Shown here in pieces: positions 27,567 through 38,420 of a stretch of DNA of 64,000 nucleotides; positions within the stretch are counted from its first letter, which is position 1; every line of letters starts with the position of its first letter. Source of the stretch: Lama guanicoe (lineage: Eukaryota); NCBI GenBank assembly GCA_013239625.1, contig MU053416.1:191496-255495 (forward strand), in the 5' to 3' direction. The notes beneath the pieces are model-generated. The model worked only from the letters and a program-made list of their open reading frames with translations, was not told the DNA's origin and ran no database searches. The position numbers and the translations under genes were made by a program.

Positions 27567-27857
27567 CAGCACTGTCAATAGAAACATAGTGCAAGTCACA
27601 GTCTTCCAGTAATCCCATTTAGAAAATAAAAAGTAACAAGTGAAATTAATTCCAGTAATAATCATATTTATCCCAAAATATCCAATGTACTGTCATTTCA
27701 ATAGTGTGATTAACACTTTTAAAACTTATTAATAAATATTTTACATTATTTTTGTTGTACAAAGTCTTGAAAATCTATTATGTATTTTCCACTTATAGAA
27801 CATCTCTATTCACAATAGCCACATGTGGCTGGTGGCTACCATACTAGACAGAGCAGA
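27567..27857. mobile_element. hAT-Charlie MITE (MER33/MER3-like)
   Basis: Termini cagcactgtcaatagaaa and gccacatgtggctggtggctaccatactagacagagcag. Confidence 0.6.
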
Positions 27858-28039
27858 TTACACCATTCACACTTCTGATCATTTACCTGCTCTTACTTAT
27901 TTAAAAAAACTTGCAGAAAAGGGTTTAGATATTCCCTATATCAAACAAAGCAACCTTGATGGGTGGGGAGTATCTTCATTATAAAGTGAAAAATAAAGGT
28001 AAGAGAGCCATGGTTACATGTATGTTAATGTAACAATAC

Positions 28040-28163
28040 CTTCTTAATTCATTCAGGACTTTACAATCTTTCTTCATATGCCAAGGATTCACTGTTACTG
28101 TGCAGTTTTTCACTATTATCATCTTTGGAAGTGAGAGGCTTCTGATGACCCTGCTTTGTGCAT
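28040..28163 (-). pseudogene. KLHL2: KLHL2 exon 2 copy, frameshifted
   Basis: ttttatgtacag|ATGCAC...TTAAGAAG|gtattg. Reads CTKQGHQKPLTSKDDNSEK-fs-CTVTVNPWHMKKDCKVLNELR vs human KLHL2 CTKQGHQKPLDSKDDNTEKHCPVTVNPWHMKKAFKVMNELR. 124 nt instead of 126; both splice sites intact. Confidence 0.9.
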
Positions 28164-28219
28164 CTGTACATAAAAGAAAATAACAAAACAGAGAAAAATA
28201 CTTTATTAAAGATAATTTA

Positions 28220-28380
28220 GGGGGAGGGTATAGCTCAAGTGGAAGATCATATTCTTAGCATGCACAAGTGCCTGGGTTCAATCCCCAGTACTTCTTCTAA
28301 AAATAAAATAAATAAATAAAAACCTAATTACCACCCCCCTGCAAAACATTAATTAATTACTTCAATTAAAATTAAAAAAT
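28220..28380 (+). mobile_element. tRNA-derived SINE (Vic-1-like)
   Basis: ggggagggtatagctcaagtgg...cttagcatgcacaagtgcctgggttcaatccccagtac plus (aata)n; TSD gataatttag on both sides. Confidence 0.85.
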
Positions 28381-29439
28381 GATAATTTAGTGCAGACTTA
28401 TCAGGCTACAAGGGCTACAATGAATGCCCCTCCCCCATTAATTTAGAAGAAATCTCACAGTATTTCCCAACATAAAGGCTAAAATATAATTCAGAACACT
28501 TTCTGATGGTCAGCATGATTTTAACAAAAATGTAGATAATTACCTCCCTGGTGTCAAAGCTCTGTCAGAGATGGGCACAGAAAATTTAGTAAAAATGACT
28601 TTGCAACTATCTTTGAAAGAAATGCTGATAAATGATCTTTTCTGTTGGAAATTAGCCTGTTTTTACATTCTGCAGTAGGTATACGTGTTTACAAACCAGG
28701 CAGGAATGGAGTCATATTTTACACATACTTTAGAAACTGATTTGAATTTTGCTCTCTACCTGCAAGGCTATTTTTTAGGTAATAACATAAGCGGGCCACT
28801 ATAGTAAATTTTGTTTCCCTATTTGCTTAATCCTCACAACAACTCTGAAAGCTGCTATTATTACCCCCATATAACAGATAAAGAGCTTGAGGCAGAAAAT
28901 AATTTGGGTAACTTGGTAAATGGTGGAGCTGGGTAAGACTGCAGCCAGTCTGACACTCAAGTCCATTCTATTCTTCTCACCGATGTCTGATACCGCTTTC
29001 TAGATTCAGCAATGACTGTTGATTTAAGTGTGTCCTTTCTAAAAGTGCAAAGCTATATTAGTACTGCTGTGTAAATTATTCTTTTGAGATGTGCTTGCCA
29101 AAAAAACAAAAACAAATAAAATCAGGGTGCCACTGAGGGGAGGGTGAACTGCATATGGACGGACACAAGGGGACATTTTGAGGACACAGTTGCACAACTC
29201 TAGAAGTAGCTAAAATGGCTGACTTGTACAATTACAATGTGTGAAATTTATGGCCTGTAAATTACACCTTAATACAGCTATTAAATTAAGAAACTGGGAT
29301 ACCAAATTAAGACTAAAACACATATATATATCACACAAAGAACAACAGGCAAATATCATTATTTACTGCATCATTTTCCTTCATGCAGTTTCCTTTCCTC
29401 ACCCGTTCCTGAAAGGATGATTCACTTTTAAAATAGTCT

Positions 29440-30430
29440 TTTAATTTATTCAGCAAATAATTTTTGACTGCTTACTATGTAGCCAGGACTAGTCTAGGCA
29501 CTTGGAATAGATCAATAAACAAAACAAAAGTCCTGTCCTCACGGAGCTTGGTTGGAGTCTAGCTGGGGTGGGGGTGGAGATTACAGTTCACACAACATAG
29601 CAGCAGAGGAGGCGGCATGTTAGGACAGAGGAACCATGGAAAAAAGAAAAAAGGGCAAGGTAAAGAGAGTTGAGGGTATGGGATGAGGGTGATGTTGTAT
29701 TAAATACCAGAGCAAGCCACACTGAGGACTGAGGTTAGAACTAAGACTAGGAGGTGAGAAGTCCAAGGTGGACGGAATAATCATCACCAAGGCCAGCGTG
29801 CACCTCGCATGTTCCAGAATGGGGGCATGGCTGGAGCTGCGGAGAAGGGTCAGTGCAGATCCTGTACGGCCTTGGAGGACGTTGTAAGGACTGTGGCTTT
29901 TACCCGGAGTGAAATGCGGAGGCACTGCAGAAGGACGACATAATCTAACTTAGGTTTTCAAGGCTCACTTGACTGACGGGTGAGAATAGTCAAAACGGGT
30001 CAGAGATGAAAGAAGGAAAGCCACTGAGAAGGGCTGTGCAGGAGGAGAGGACAGTGGCTCAGGGCAGGGCAGCAGCAGTGGAGGCAGGAGCTATGGTGAG
30101 AAGTGGCTGGGTTCTGGATATGTTTTAAAGGCAGTGTTAAACCAGATCTATTAACAGAATTCATGTGGTATGTCACTGAAAGTCAGAATAAGTCCAAGTT
30201 TTTTGACCCAAGCAACTGGAAGGATTAAGTTTCCACTAAGTGAATGGGGGAGGCTGCAGAAAGAACCAGTTTGGGGGGTAGGAGGACCAAGAGCTCAGTT
30301 TTTACACATGTTGGTTTTAAGATATCAGAGTTCCAAATGAAGATGTCAAATCAGCAGAAGACTGTAAGAGTCCAGAGTTGGAGAGAAAAAATCTAGCGGG
30401 AGACAGAAATGTGGGAATCATGGGTCACAC
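29440..30430 (-). mobile_element. L2 LINE fragment
   Basis: tttattcagcaaataatttttgactgcttactatgt...gcacttggaatag (reverse L2 tail) and further L2-like text such as ttttgacccaagcaactggaaggat. Confidence 0.6.
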
Positions 30431-33400
30431 AGGTGGTAGAAGAAGACATGAAACCCAGGTACACAAACATTAAGATAACCTGGCATTAACCATAGAAGTT
30501 GTCCTTGAGGGCCTGCCTACTAGGTGTGGATATCAGTCCTATTTCCCGACCACTCAAATTTTAAAAAGGAACTTACAATTGAATTCGTGCAAGACACTGC
30601 CTCCAGTGGGTGGGTCCAGAGCTGGAGTGGAAGAATGGGATGGTGCAAGCTACTCCCTATGGCAGAACGTGTTTGTGTGTGTGTGTGTGTGTGCACGCAT
30701 GTGTGTGTGCGCAGGGGGATGAGATACACCTGGCTTAAGAAAAAGAGCTAGTAAGTCTAGAAGCCAAAAGATGAAAGAACATCCAGATCTGGTAGAGGGA
30801 ACAGGGGAAACACTGTGTACTGTAAGACATATCCCCATAATGCCATTTCCCACCATCCTTTCATCAGGAACACAGTTGGAAAGGGGGGAATTATGTAGAT
30901 ACGTGTGATGTACACAAACTTTCTGACTACGTAACACTGAATATCTACATATGTAGCAAGTTAATGATATTTATATCTGCTTCAAGTTTAATAACAAGTT
31001 CACAACAGAGGGAAAATAAAATATTGAGGACTGGTAGAAGTATCATAGAAGGCCTTTCAATGCTCAGAATGGAAGCAAAAACAGCTTCACCCCACAAGGA
31101 ATGTCAATAAGAGTCAAGAATGTTTATATTTGCTTAAGAAATTGAGAGTTACAACTTCCTGCTTTAAAGAATTAACTTTAAGACACATACCATACTATAA
31201 GCAACATCTATACTGGTGCTTTCTTAAAGCTATTTTTAGTTCCTGCTTGCTCTGATGTACTCCAGAAACTCTGCAAACAAAACCTTCTATTCAAAGGCTT
31301 AAAGGAATAGAAAAAGAAATAACACTGCATTCTTTTATGTGTTCTCTGTACTGAAAGTCACTTGCAAATGCAGCACCCTGCCACAGGGCTACATTTTTAA
31401 CAATAAAGTCTTTTGCACAATTTTTCAATTGCTATGTGACTTTTTGTCAGTCTCTCACTCAGAAGCAGAATGGAGTACCAGAAAATGACACAACATGTCT
31501 AAAACTGCAGATGTGGAAGATGAATGTACACCAGGAAACAGCTAAGTGGGAGGGTAAGGCTTACCTTTTAAGCTACCGTAAGTGCAGTTACACCTTCTCC
31601 CTGCTTCTCCTGTGAAGAACTAGTCTTTTCCAGAAAAGCTCTCATTCTGAGAACTGTCTTCTTTAAAATATTTGGAGATTCTTTTTTAAGGTTCTTTCAC
31701 TTTTAAGTCTTTCCCCAACTCTACATCCCATAACAAGTGTTAAAATTATCCAATAGCCTTTTGTTACAGAACATACTCTACAAAAGCTGAGGTTTCCCAG
31801 GGTTTGGATCCCAGAACTCTGCTACCAGATAATCCTAAAGCCTTCCTTCCATAACTGACTCTTCTGCCAGTTCACAGCTGTGGGCAAATTCGGCTTCTCA
31901 GACCAGGTAACTTTCTAACTCTGCCTATGAACACTCTACTGCCAGTAAAGGAACTCTCAGGCAGGAAGCACACAATGCCCCTAGTGAGGGTTGCCTCCTT
32001 CAACCAATCAAGATGCCATCACCAAGCAAATATTTAAACCTACTGCAAAACCTCTGAAGACATCTTATAAACAATATAGTTTGTATAGATGCATACTCTT
32101 TGCTCTGGAATAGTGATTTCCAATGGAGGGAACAAAGAAACACATGACCCAAGCAATTGTTTAAAACTGCACATAACCATCCCTCTTCATGTAAGGATTC
32201 AGGCAAGCCCGTCTTACAGGCCTAGGTGTAGCAGAATGACAGCACCTCTGGGAGTAGGGTGAAAAGCAGCGAGGTAGACTTTTAGTGAAAAGGGGTGATG
32301 TAATAGGCCCCATCGCCCACTTACCTCCCACCACAGGACAATCATCTCAGATTGAGAACAAACACTTTACAGAGGTTGTTTATGTTTTTATGGTTTTCTG
32401 GTGGAAGTAATGCCCTGAGTCATGTGAAGTTGTGGCTGCAAAATTGAACAGGGGACCAGATATTTTCACATTCAGGACATAAATACTCAGCCCCCGGGTG
32501 GCCACCATATCTGCTCTCCCCTTTGCCTGTTCACTCCAAAAGCTCTAGGGCTCTCCTGCTTGCAATGGCACCCACCACTACTCACAAGTTCCTGCCAAGT
32601 TCATGTCAGCAGCTGGTGGTGTCAAAATCACCATTTGTACTGCTCTGAAGTCCCTCCATTACTTTATATCCCTTCTATTTTCTCTGTTGTCTCCCTAGCT
32701 ACACTTGCATTCAGAAGCTGGTTACCACACTAGCATTGCCTCTGTAATCAGTCCAGGATATAGGAAGTAGAGATTCAACTGTAACCAGTCCCAGAACACT
32801 TGTCATGCCACTCTAGTTTCCCAACAAAATACTCTGGCATCCCTCATCTCACCCAAAGAACCACCGCATTACTTAGAGGTTGTAAAAGTAGAAGGCTTTC
32901 TCTACTGGGAAACACTGTGGTTTGTAGTAGAGTTGAGATTTCAGTTTTTGCAACTAGTTACAGACAAAAGGCATGTTCCACAAATTTTCTTCAAGCGTTT
33001 GGAATTTAAACTTTTATTAGATACAGAGCCGGTGGACTAACTGTAATCTATGAACATATGGTCATATTACCAAATAATGTTCATGTCTGCTTTACAAACG
33101 TGTAGAACTTGAATTACACCTGCATCCTGTAGGCTTTTAGAATTGGATGTGAAGCATCCTGTGAGATAAAAAACCTCCTATCCAGTCACAGAACGCCTTA
33201 CAGACAACATCACATTAATGCCACTGAATACATTACTATAGTCCATGTATGGTCAAGTTACATCTCTAATTTCTCAGAGCTGGAAAGGAGATGTCTAGAA
33301 AAGCTGGAAAAGCCTAATTACCAAAACAGCTCAAAAGTTAAAGCAGACTCCTGCACCTCCCAGAGCAGAGGGCGGAGGGGGAATTGCCCTCCACCCTGTC

Positions 33401-35177
33401 CTCCCCAACGACGTGGCATGTGGGGAAGCAGGCAGGAGTGGGTGGCTGGGACTCAGAGGTGGAGAGGTGATGAAAGCAAGAGTGGAACTTCTCTAGTCCT
33501 AGAACAACAGGGCTGTAAAAACTTGGCTTCAGTTCAACCCGCTCCCTCTCCCATTTTCCCTCCCACCTATGTGACAAACAGAGCACAGTCAGGCACTTTC
33601 TGCCCATGACGGTGACTACTAGCAGGAAAGGGACCAGCATAAAAGCATGTCCTATAAAAGATCAGTCTGATTTTAAAGACCATGATATAAACAAAGAACA
33701 GCTCTGTCAGAGTGGGACACTTGTGTGGTGCTCAAATAGGGAGGAGGAGGCTGAGGATCCATTTCCAGCACTTCCATGTCTTTTATCACTCCTATTTCTG
33801 ACCTTTCCCTTGCCACTTTTTGTAGCACTGCCATCAGTGGCAGGTAAAGGGGCAGCAATGTGACTTGGCCGTTTGGCTGATGGGGCTACATTTCCCAGCA
33901 TTGGAATGAAAAGGCACTGGAAGAGGATCAGCTGGAAGATGTGAACCGCGGTCCTGGCCTGTGCCCAACACTAAACAGGTGACCTTGGGTTAGGCTCTTA
34001 GTCTCTCTGGGCTTCCGGCTGTTTACTTATAAAAGAAGGTTTTGTCATTCCACAAATATATCTAATATGAAATGTAACATGAAAGTCAAACATAATGACA
34101 TCTCACCTGCTTGCCTCAGGGAACTGTACAAGCACTGAACACCATGTGAATGTAAACACAGAGTTAAGAAAACTGTTGAGCTAAAGCGCTAAACTGAACA
34201 TGGAGATAAAGTTTTATGGATTTTCTTGGCTTTCTTTTTTAATTGCAACACTGAATTAATTGTTATTAGCTATACTCCACACCACCACCCCTGCAAATAA
34301 ATAAAGTAGGTAAGCACTGCCTGGATGCCTGCTATTGCCCGATGCTAAGCAGGGTGAGAGGTATAAAGGAGGCTGAACAAAGGAGTCTTCTCCAGTTATG
34401 AGCTAAGTGAGGAGACACATTGGAAACCACCCGGGAATGGTACCAAGTCAGTACTCAAAGCCAAGATTATAGGCTACCATTCATAAACAGTGCAGGAATA
34501 CAAAGAGTAGCTAGAAGTATTTGGAGTAAATAGGGAAGACTCTATGAAAAGGATGAGGCTCCAACTAGTTCTCAGGACAATTCTAATCTGTTTTAACTGA
34601 GGACTGGATAGGAAAAAGCTGGTGACTCCTGGTTTTTAATAAGGCACTGGTTATCCTAGAAGGCTAAGTCACATAATGATTGGAACACATAAGGTAAGGC
34701 CAAAATGATGGAGGGTTGAGACTACCTGGCTGGGATCTGGTTGTGGTAAGTCTTTGACTTGACTCTAGATGTTGGAGGGTCAAAACTGTAGGTGGACTGA
34801 AAGGGGGGGAGAGAATATCTAAGAATTCAACAGAAGGAAAAATTCATGTATCAGGGATGAAAGCTCTTCATCAGAGTATCAGCAATCATAATAGACACTT
34901 GAAACAAAAAACATACAGTTCCAGAAGCTGACAAAATATGGAGGGTGGTGAGAGAAAGACAAATCAAAGATCATTCCAAGCCTTTGGGTATTCAAGACCG
35001 GAAGAATGATTATCCCACTGAATAAGTGGAGATGCTGCAAGAAAAAAGATTATGAAATCAGCTTTAGACATGTTGAATCTGACATATGAGCTAAGAGTAG
35101 GTGTTCTCTAAGAAGCTCAAAATTCAAAACTGAAGCACAGATCTAGAGTACAGGCTTAAGATGCAGATGGACAAGTC

Positions 35178-35617
35178 ATGATAAATCTCCTAAAAGAAAA
35201 CATAGGCAAAACATTATCTGACATAAATCTTAGCAACATTCTCCTAGTGCAATCTACCCAGGCAATGGAAATAAGAGAAAAAATAAACAAATGAGACGTA
35301 ATTAAACTCATAAGTTTCTTCACAGCAAAGGCAACCATAAGTAAAACAAAACAACAACCTACGAATGGGAGAAAATATTTGCAAATGATATGACTAACAA
35401 AAGCTCAATTTTCAGAATATATAAACAGTTCATACAACTTAATAACAAAAAACAAACAACTCAATCCAAAAATAGGCAGAAGTCCTAAACAAGCATTTCT
35501 CCAATGAAGACACAAATGGCCAATAGGCACATGAAGAAATGCTCAATATCACTAATAAACAGACAAATGCAAATCAAAACTACAATGAGGTATCAGCTCA
35601 CACAAGTCAGAATAGGC
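35178..35617 (+). mobile_element. L1 ORF2 internal fragment, truncated at both ends
   Basis: Homologous to about 16195-16610 (aaacataggcaaaacattatctgaca...[23 protein letters not shown]); cut at gtcagaatagg and joined directly to GC-rich sequence. Confidence 0.85.
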
Positions 35618-36780
35618 TCAGACTCTGCTGCTCCAGGCATGGCCCCCAGGTCAGCCTGCTCCCGGGAGGAGGGCACGGTGTGGTCGAAGGCAGTGGCGGG
35701 CTATGGGGTCTGCCCATGGGAGCCCGTGGATTTGCTCCAAACTCCCCAGTGCATGGCTTGAGCTTGTCCTCTGCTGCCCCAGGTTCATGGAACTCAGCTT
35801 AGAGGTCAGCCTGCTCCTGAAAGGTGGGTACTGTGCAGTCAGGAAATGACGGTGGCAGCGATGGCGGGTTTGGGGATGCCTTGTGAGAGCGCGGGGGTTG
35901 CGACCATTACCTGTTGCTGCTGCAGCCATCCCAGCACACTGACCGCACCGCGCCCACCTCCTAGAAGCAGACTGACCTGTAACCTGAGTCCCACGAACCT
36001 GGGGCTTTAGAGGACGCCTCCAAGGTCAGGCCGCGGGGAAGATGGGAACAAATCCAGGGGCTCTCATGGGGCAGCCCCCATTCCATCAGAGGCCCCGCGA
36101 CCGCACTGCATCCGCCTCCCAGGAGCAGGCCATGGTCTGAGAGCCAGTCGGAGATGCTCCGGAGCCGTCCGGCACCCTCCCACCTCCCGGGGCTGTACCT
36201 GCTCCCCTAAACCCGAGTATAAGCGGCGGCAAAAATGCGGGGTTCAGGAACTACTAATAGCGGGTTTACCACGAACCACAGCGGCGGCTGGGACCAGCCT
36301 CAGGGTCCTTACGGGACGCGCGGCCTGGACCTCACTTCCGCACCCCTCCCTCGGCACCTCACCAGCTGTACAGCCCAGGGGTCAACCGCCGGCTCCCCGA
36401 GCAGCGCGCCCCCAATAGCGCCCCCTTGACTGCCCAGCAGCTTCAGCCGAGCCGAGGGCAAGCGGCGGCCCATACCCCAGGCCGTGTTCCTCTTCCAGGA
36501 GCTGGTCCAGGAGCAACCGGCTCCCGCCAGCTTCCTCGCGTTCTGGGCGGGTTCCGGCGTCTGCGCATCTGTCCGTCTGCGGTTGCGTGCCCCTCCTCCT
36601 CCCGCCCGCAGGGCAAACTGCTCGGGTGGGGCTCCTGCTTTACCGGACCTGGCCACTGGGGCCAGGAGGAGCCAGGTGGGGCCCCTCCTGCTCGTCCCGC
36701 TGGGTCTCCATCCCCAGAGACTTCACTCTGCCACCGACTGGGTCCTGGCACTGAACTAGAACCAGCCCCACTTTCTCTGC
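35618..36780. promoter_or_regulatory. CpG-rich island-like block, candidate promoter
   Basis: Abrupt rise in GC and CpG density relative to the AT-rich flank; contains an ETS-like cacttccg at about 36333 and GC-box-like ccgccc motifs. Confidence 0.5.
35654..36130. repeat. Imperfect inverted repeat, arms about 190 bp, loop about 96 bp
   Basis: 35654-35842 aligns with the reverse complement of 35939-36130 (shared gcctgctcc.gggagg, gagccc.tggatttg, gccccaggttc.tgg.actcag.tta.aggtcag.ctgct). Confidence 0.8.
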
Positions 36781-36979
36781 TCACCTTCCCCTCCCTGTTA
36801 CTACCCTCCCACCCCTGGCCAGGCCCAGTCTCCCACCAGACCTTGAAGACAGGGTTCCTTCTCCTCACACCGAGGTCCCTGCCCTGACACTCCATACTGC
36901 TAGGTCCTACCCTATGGCCCCTACACCCACAAGCTTACCCCTCATGCCTCACCACAGGATCCCCAACATCCTGAAATTG

Positions 36980-37138
36980 NNNNNNNNNNNNNNNNNNNNN
37001 NNNNNNNNNNNNNNNNNNNNNNNNNNNNNNNNNNNNNNNNNNNNNNNNNNNNNNNNNNNNNNNNNNNNNNNNNNNNNNNNNNNNNNNNNNNNNNNNNNNN
37101 NNNNNNNNNNNNNNNNNNNNNNNNNNNNNNNNNNNNNN
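36980..37138. other. Assembly gap (N run)
   Basis: 159 N bases. Confidence 1.
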
Positions 37139-37719
37139 GGGTCAGGGTGCCCAGGCTGCCAGCCACTGGCCTGTGGGCCTTGGTGGGTTGATGGTCCTGA
37201 TGGTGATCTGGACCCCTAGGGCAGAGGCACTGGGCACACGGACCTTTGGGGTGGGGGAGTTCAGAGGGTGCACTTGATCCCAGGGGTAGACAGCAGATGG
37301 TGGGCTGTGTGCGTGGCCTGGGCTCAGCCCAGGTGTGTGCAGGGACATTGTTCATTCACACCAGGCCAGAGGGAAGAGGGATGGGAGATTTTAAAGCATC
37401 AAAGTTAGGAAGCCAAGGCTGGAGAGCAAGGTAGGAAGGTGCACTGGCCAGGCCACCATGGAGCCCGTGGCAACGCTGGTCCCTTGCATCAGGGGAGACA
37501 GGCAGTTGACTGGCCAATGAGACATCCCCTGCTGTGGTATAGTTTACAGGCAATTGAAGGGATTTTGACAGGTAAACTTAATCCAATAATTGTCACTTTC
37601 TCTGCGGGAGATCAGGTCCAAAGTCATGGTGAATCTGGCAGGAATTCTGCCTGAACTGCAGCCTGGGACAGTGGAGGACCCACCCAGGAATCAACCTCTT
37701 AGCTCTCACTAAAAGGCAC

Positions 37720-38420
37720 TGTAATAGAGAAGAACAAATCTGACTCCATATTGGATCTGTTACTTTTCCTTTAACCCTCTGCCCTGTTTTCTAGGCTTAG
37801 TCTTGCTAGGTCTGCCCCTTTTGTAAAACAGTGTTGCCTTTAGTCTGAAATAAACAGTAGAGCCTATTCTCAAAACTCTGAACTTTAAGGATATTAACAC
37901 TTTTGCATTCCCATAAAGATAACAAGTTGCAGAATAGAAAAAGTTAGTTTGTTGCAGGTTTTACAGGAACACCATGATCTGACCCACGTGGACAGCTGCA
38001 GAGGATTCCAAGAACAAAGAAATCCTACACCAAGAAGTTTGCAACAACCAACCACAGCCCCTCCCCTTTTTAGTAGAAAAGGAGCCTGAAGTCTGACTTG
38101 GGGAAGATGGTTCTCCAAGATATTAGTCTGCCATTATCATCTGCAGCTGGTAGACCAAGTCATAGTGCCTCTGTAAAACCTCTAACAAAACAAAAGTTAT
38201 TTTCTATTCTGCAACTTGTTTTCTTTATATAAGTGTAAAAGTATTAATATCCTTAAAGATCAGAGCCTTGAAAATAGGCTTTCCTGTATATTTCAGGCTA
38301 AAGGCAGCTTTGTTTTACAAAAGGTGCAGAGCTAGTAAGACTAAGCCTAGAAAAGAGGCACAGGGTAAAGCCAAAAGAACAGATCTTCTATGGAGTCAGA
38401 TTTTTATCTTTTCTATTATA
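37720..38420. mobile_element. Two related ERV1-type LTR 5' halves joined in inverted orientation
   Basis: Left copy starts tgtaatagagaagaacaaatctgactccata at 37720. The reverse complement of 38136-38420 reads tataatagaaaagataaaaatctgactccata... and aligns to 37720-38005. Confidence 0.8.

Noticed and set aside
28220..28295. tRNA gene
   Set aside because: The A/B-box-like head belongs to a SINE with an A-rich tail and TSD; there is no proper cloverleaf. The same applies to the other SINE copies.
37451..37555. Perfect Kozak gccaccATGG and a possible micro-exon (tttacag...acag|gtaaac)
   Set aside because: The ORF closes after about 20 codons and no homology was recognised.
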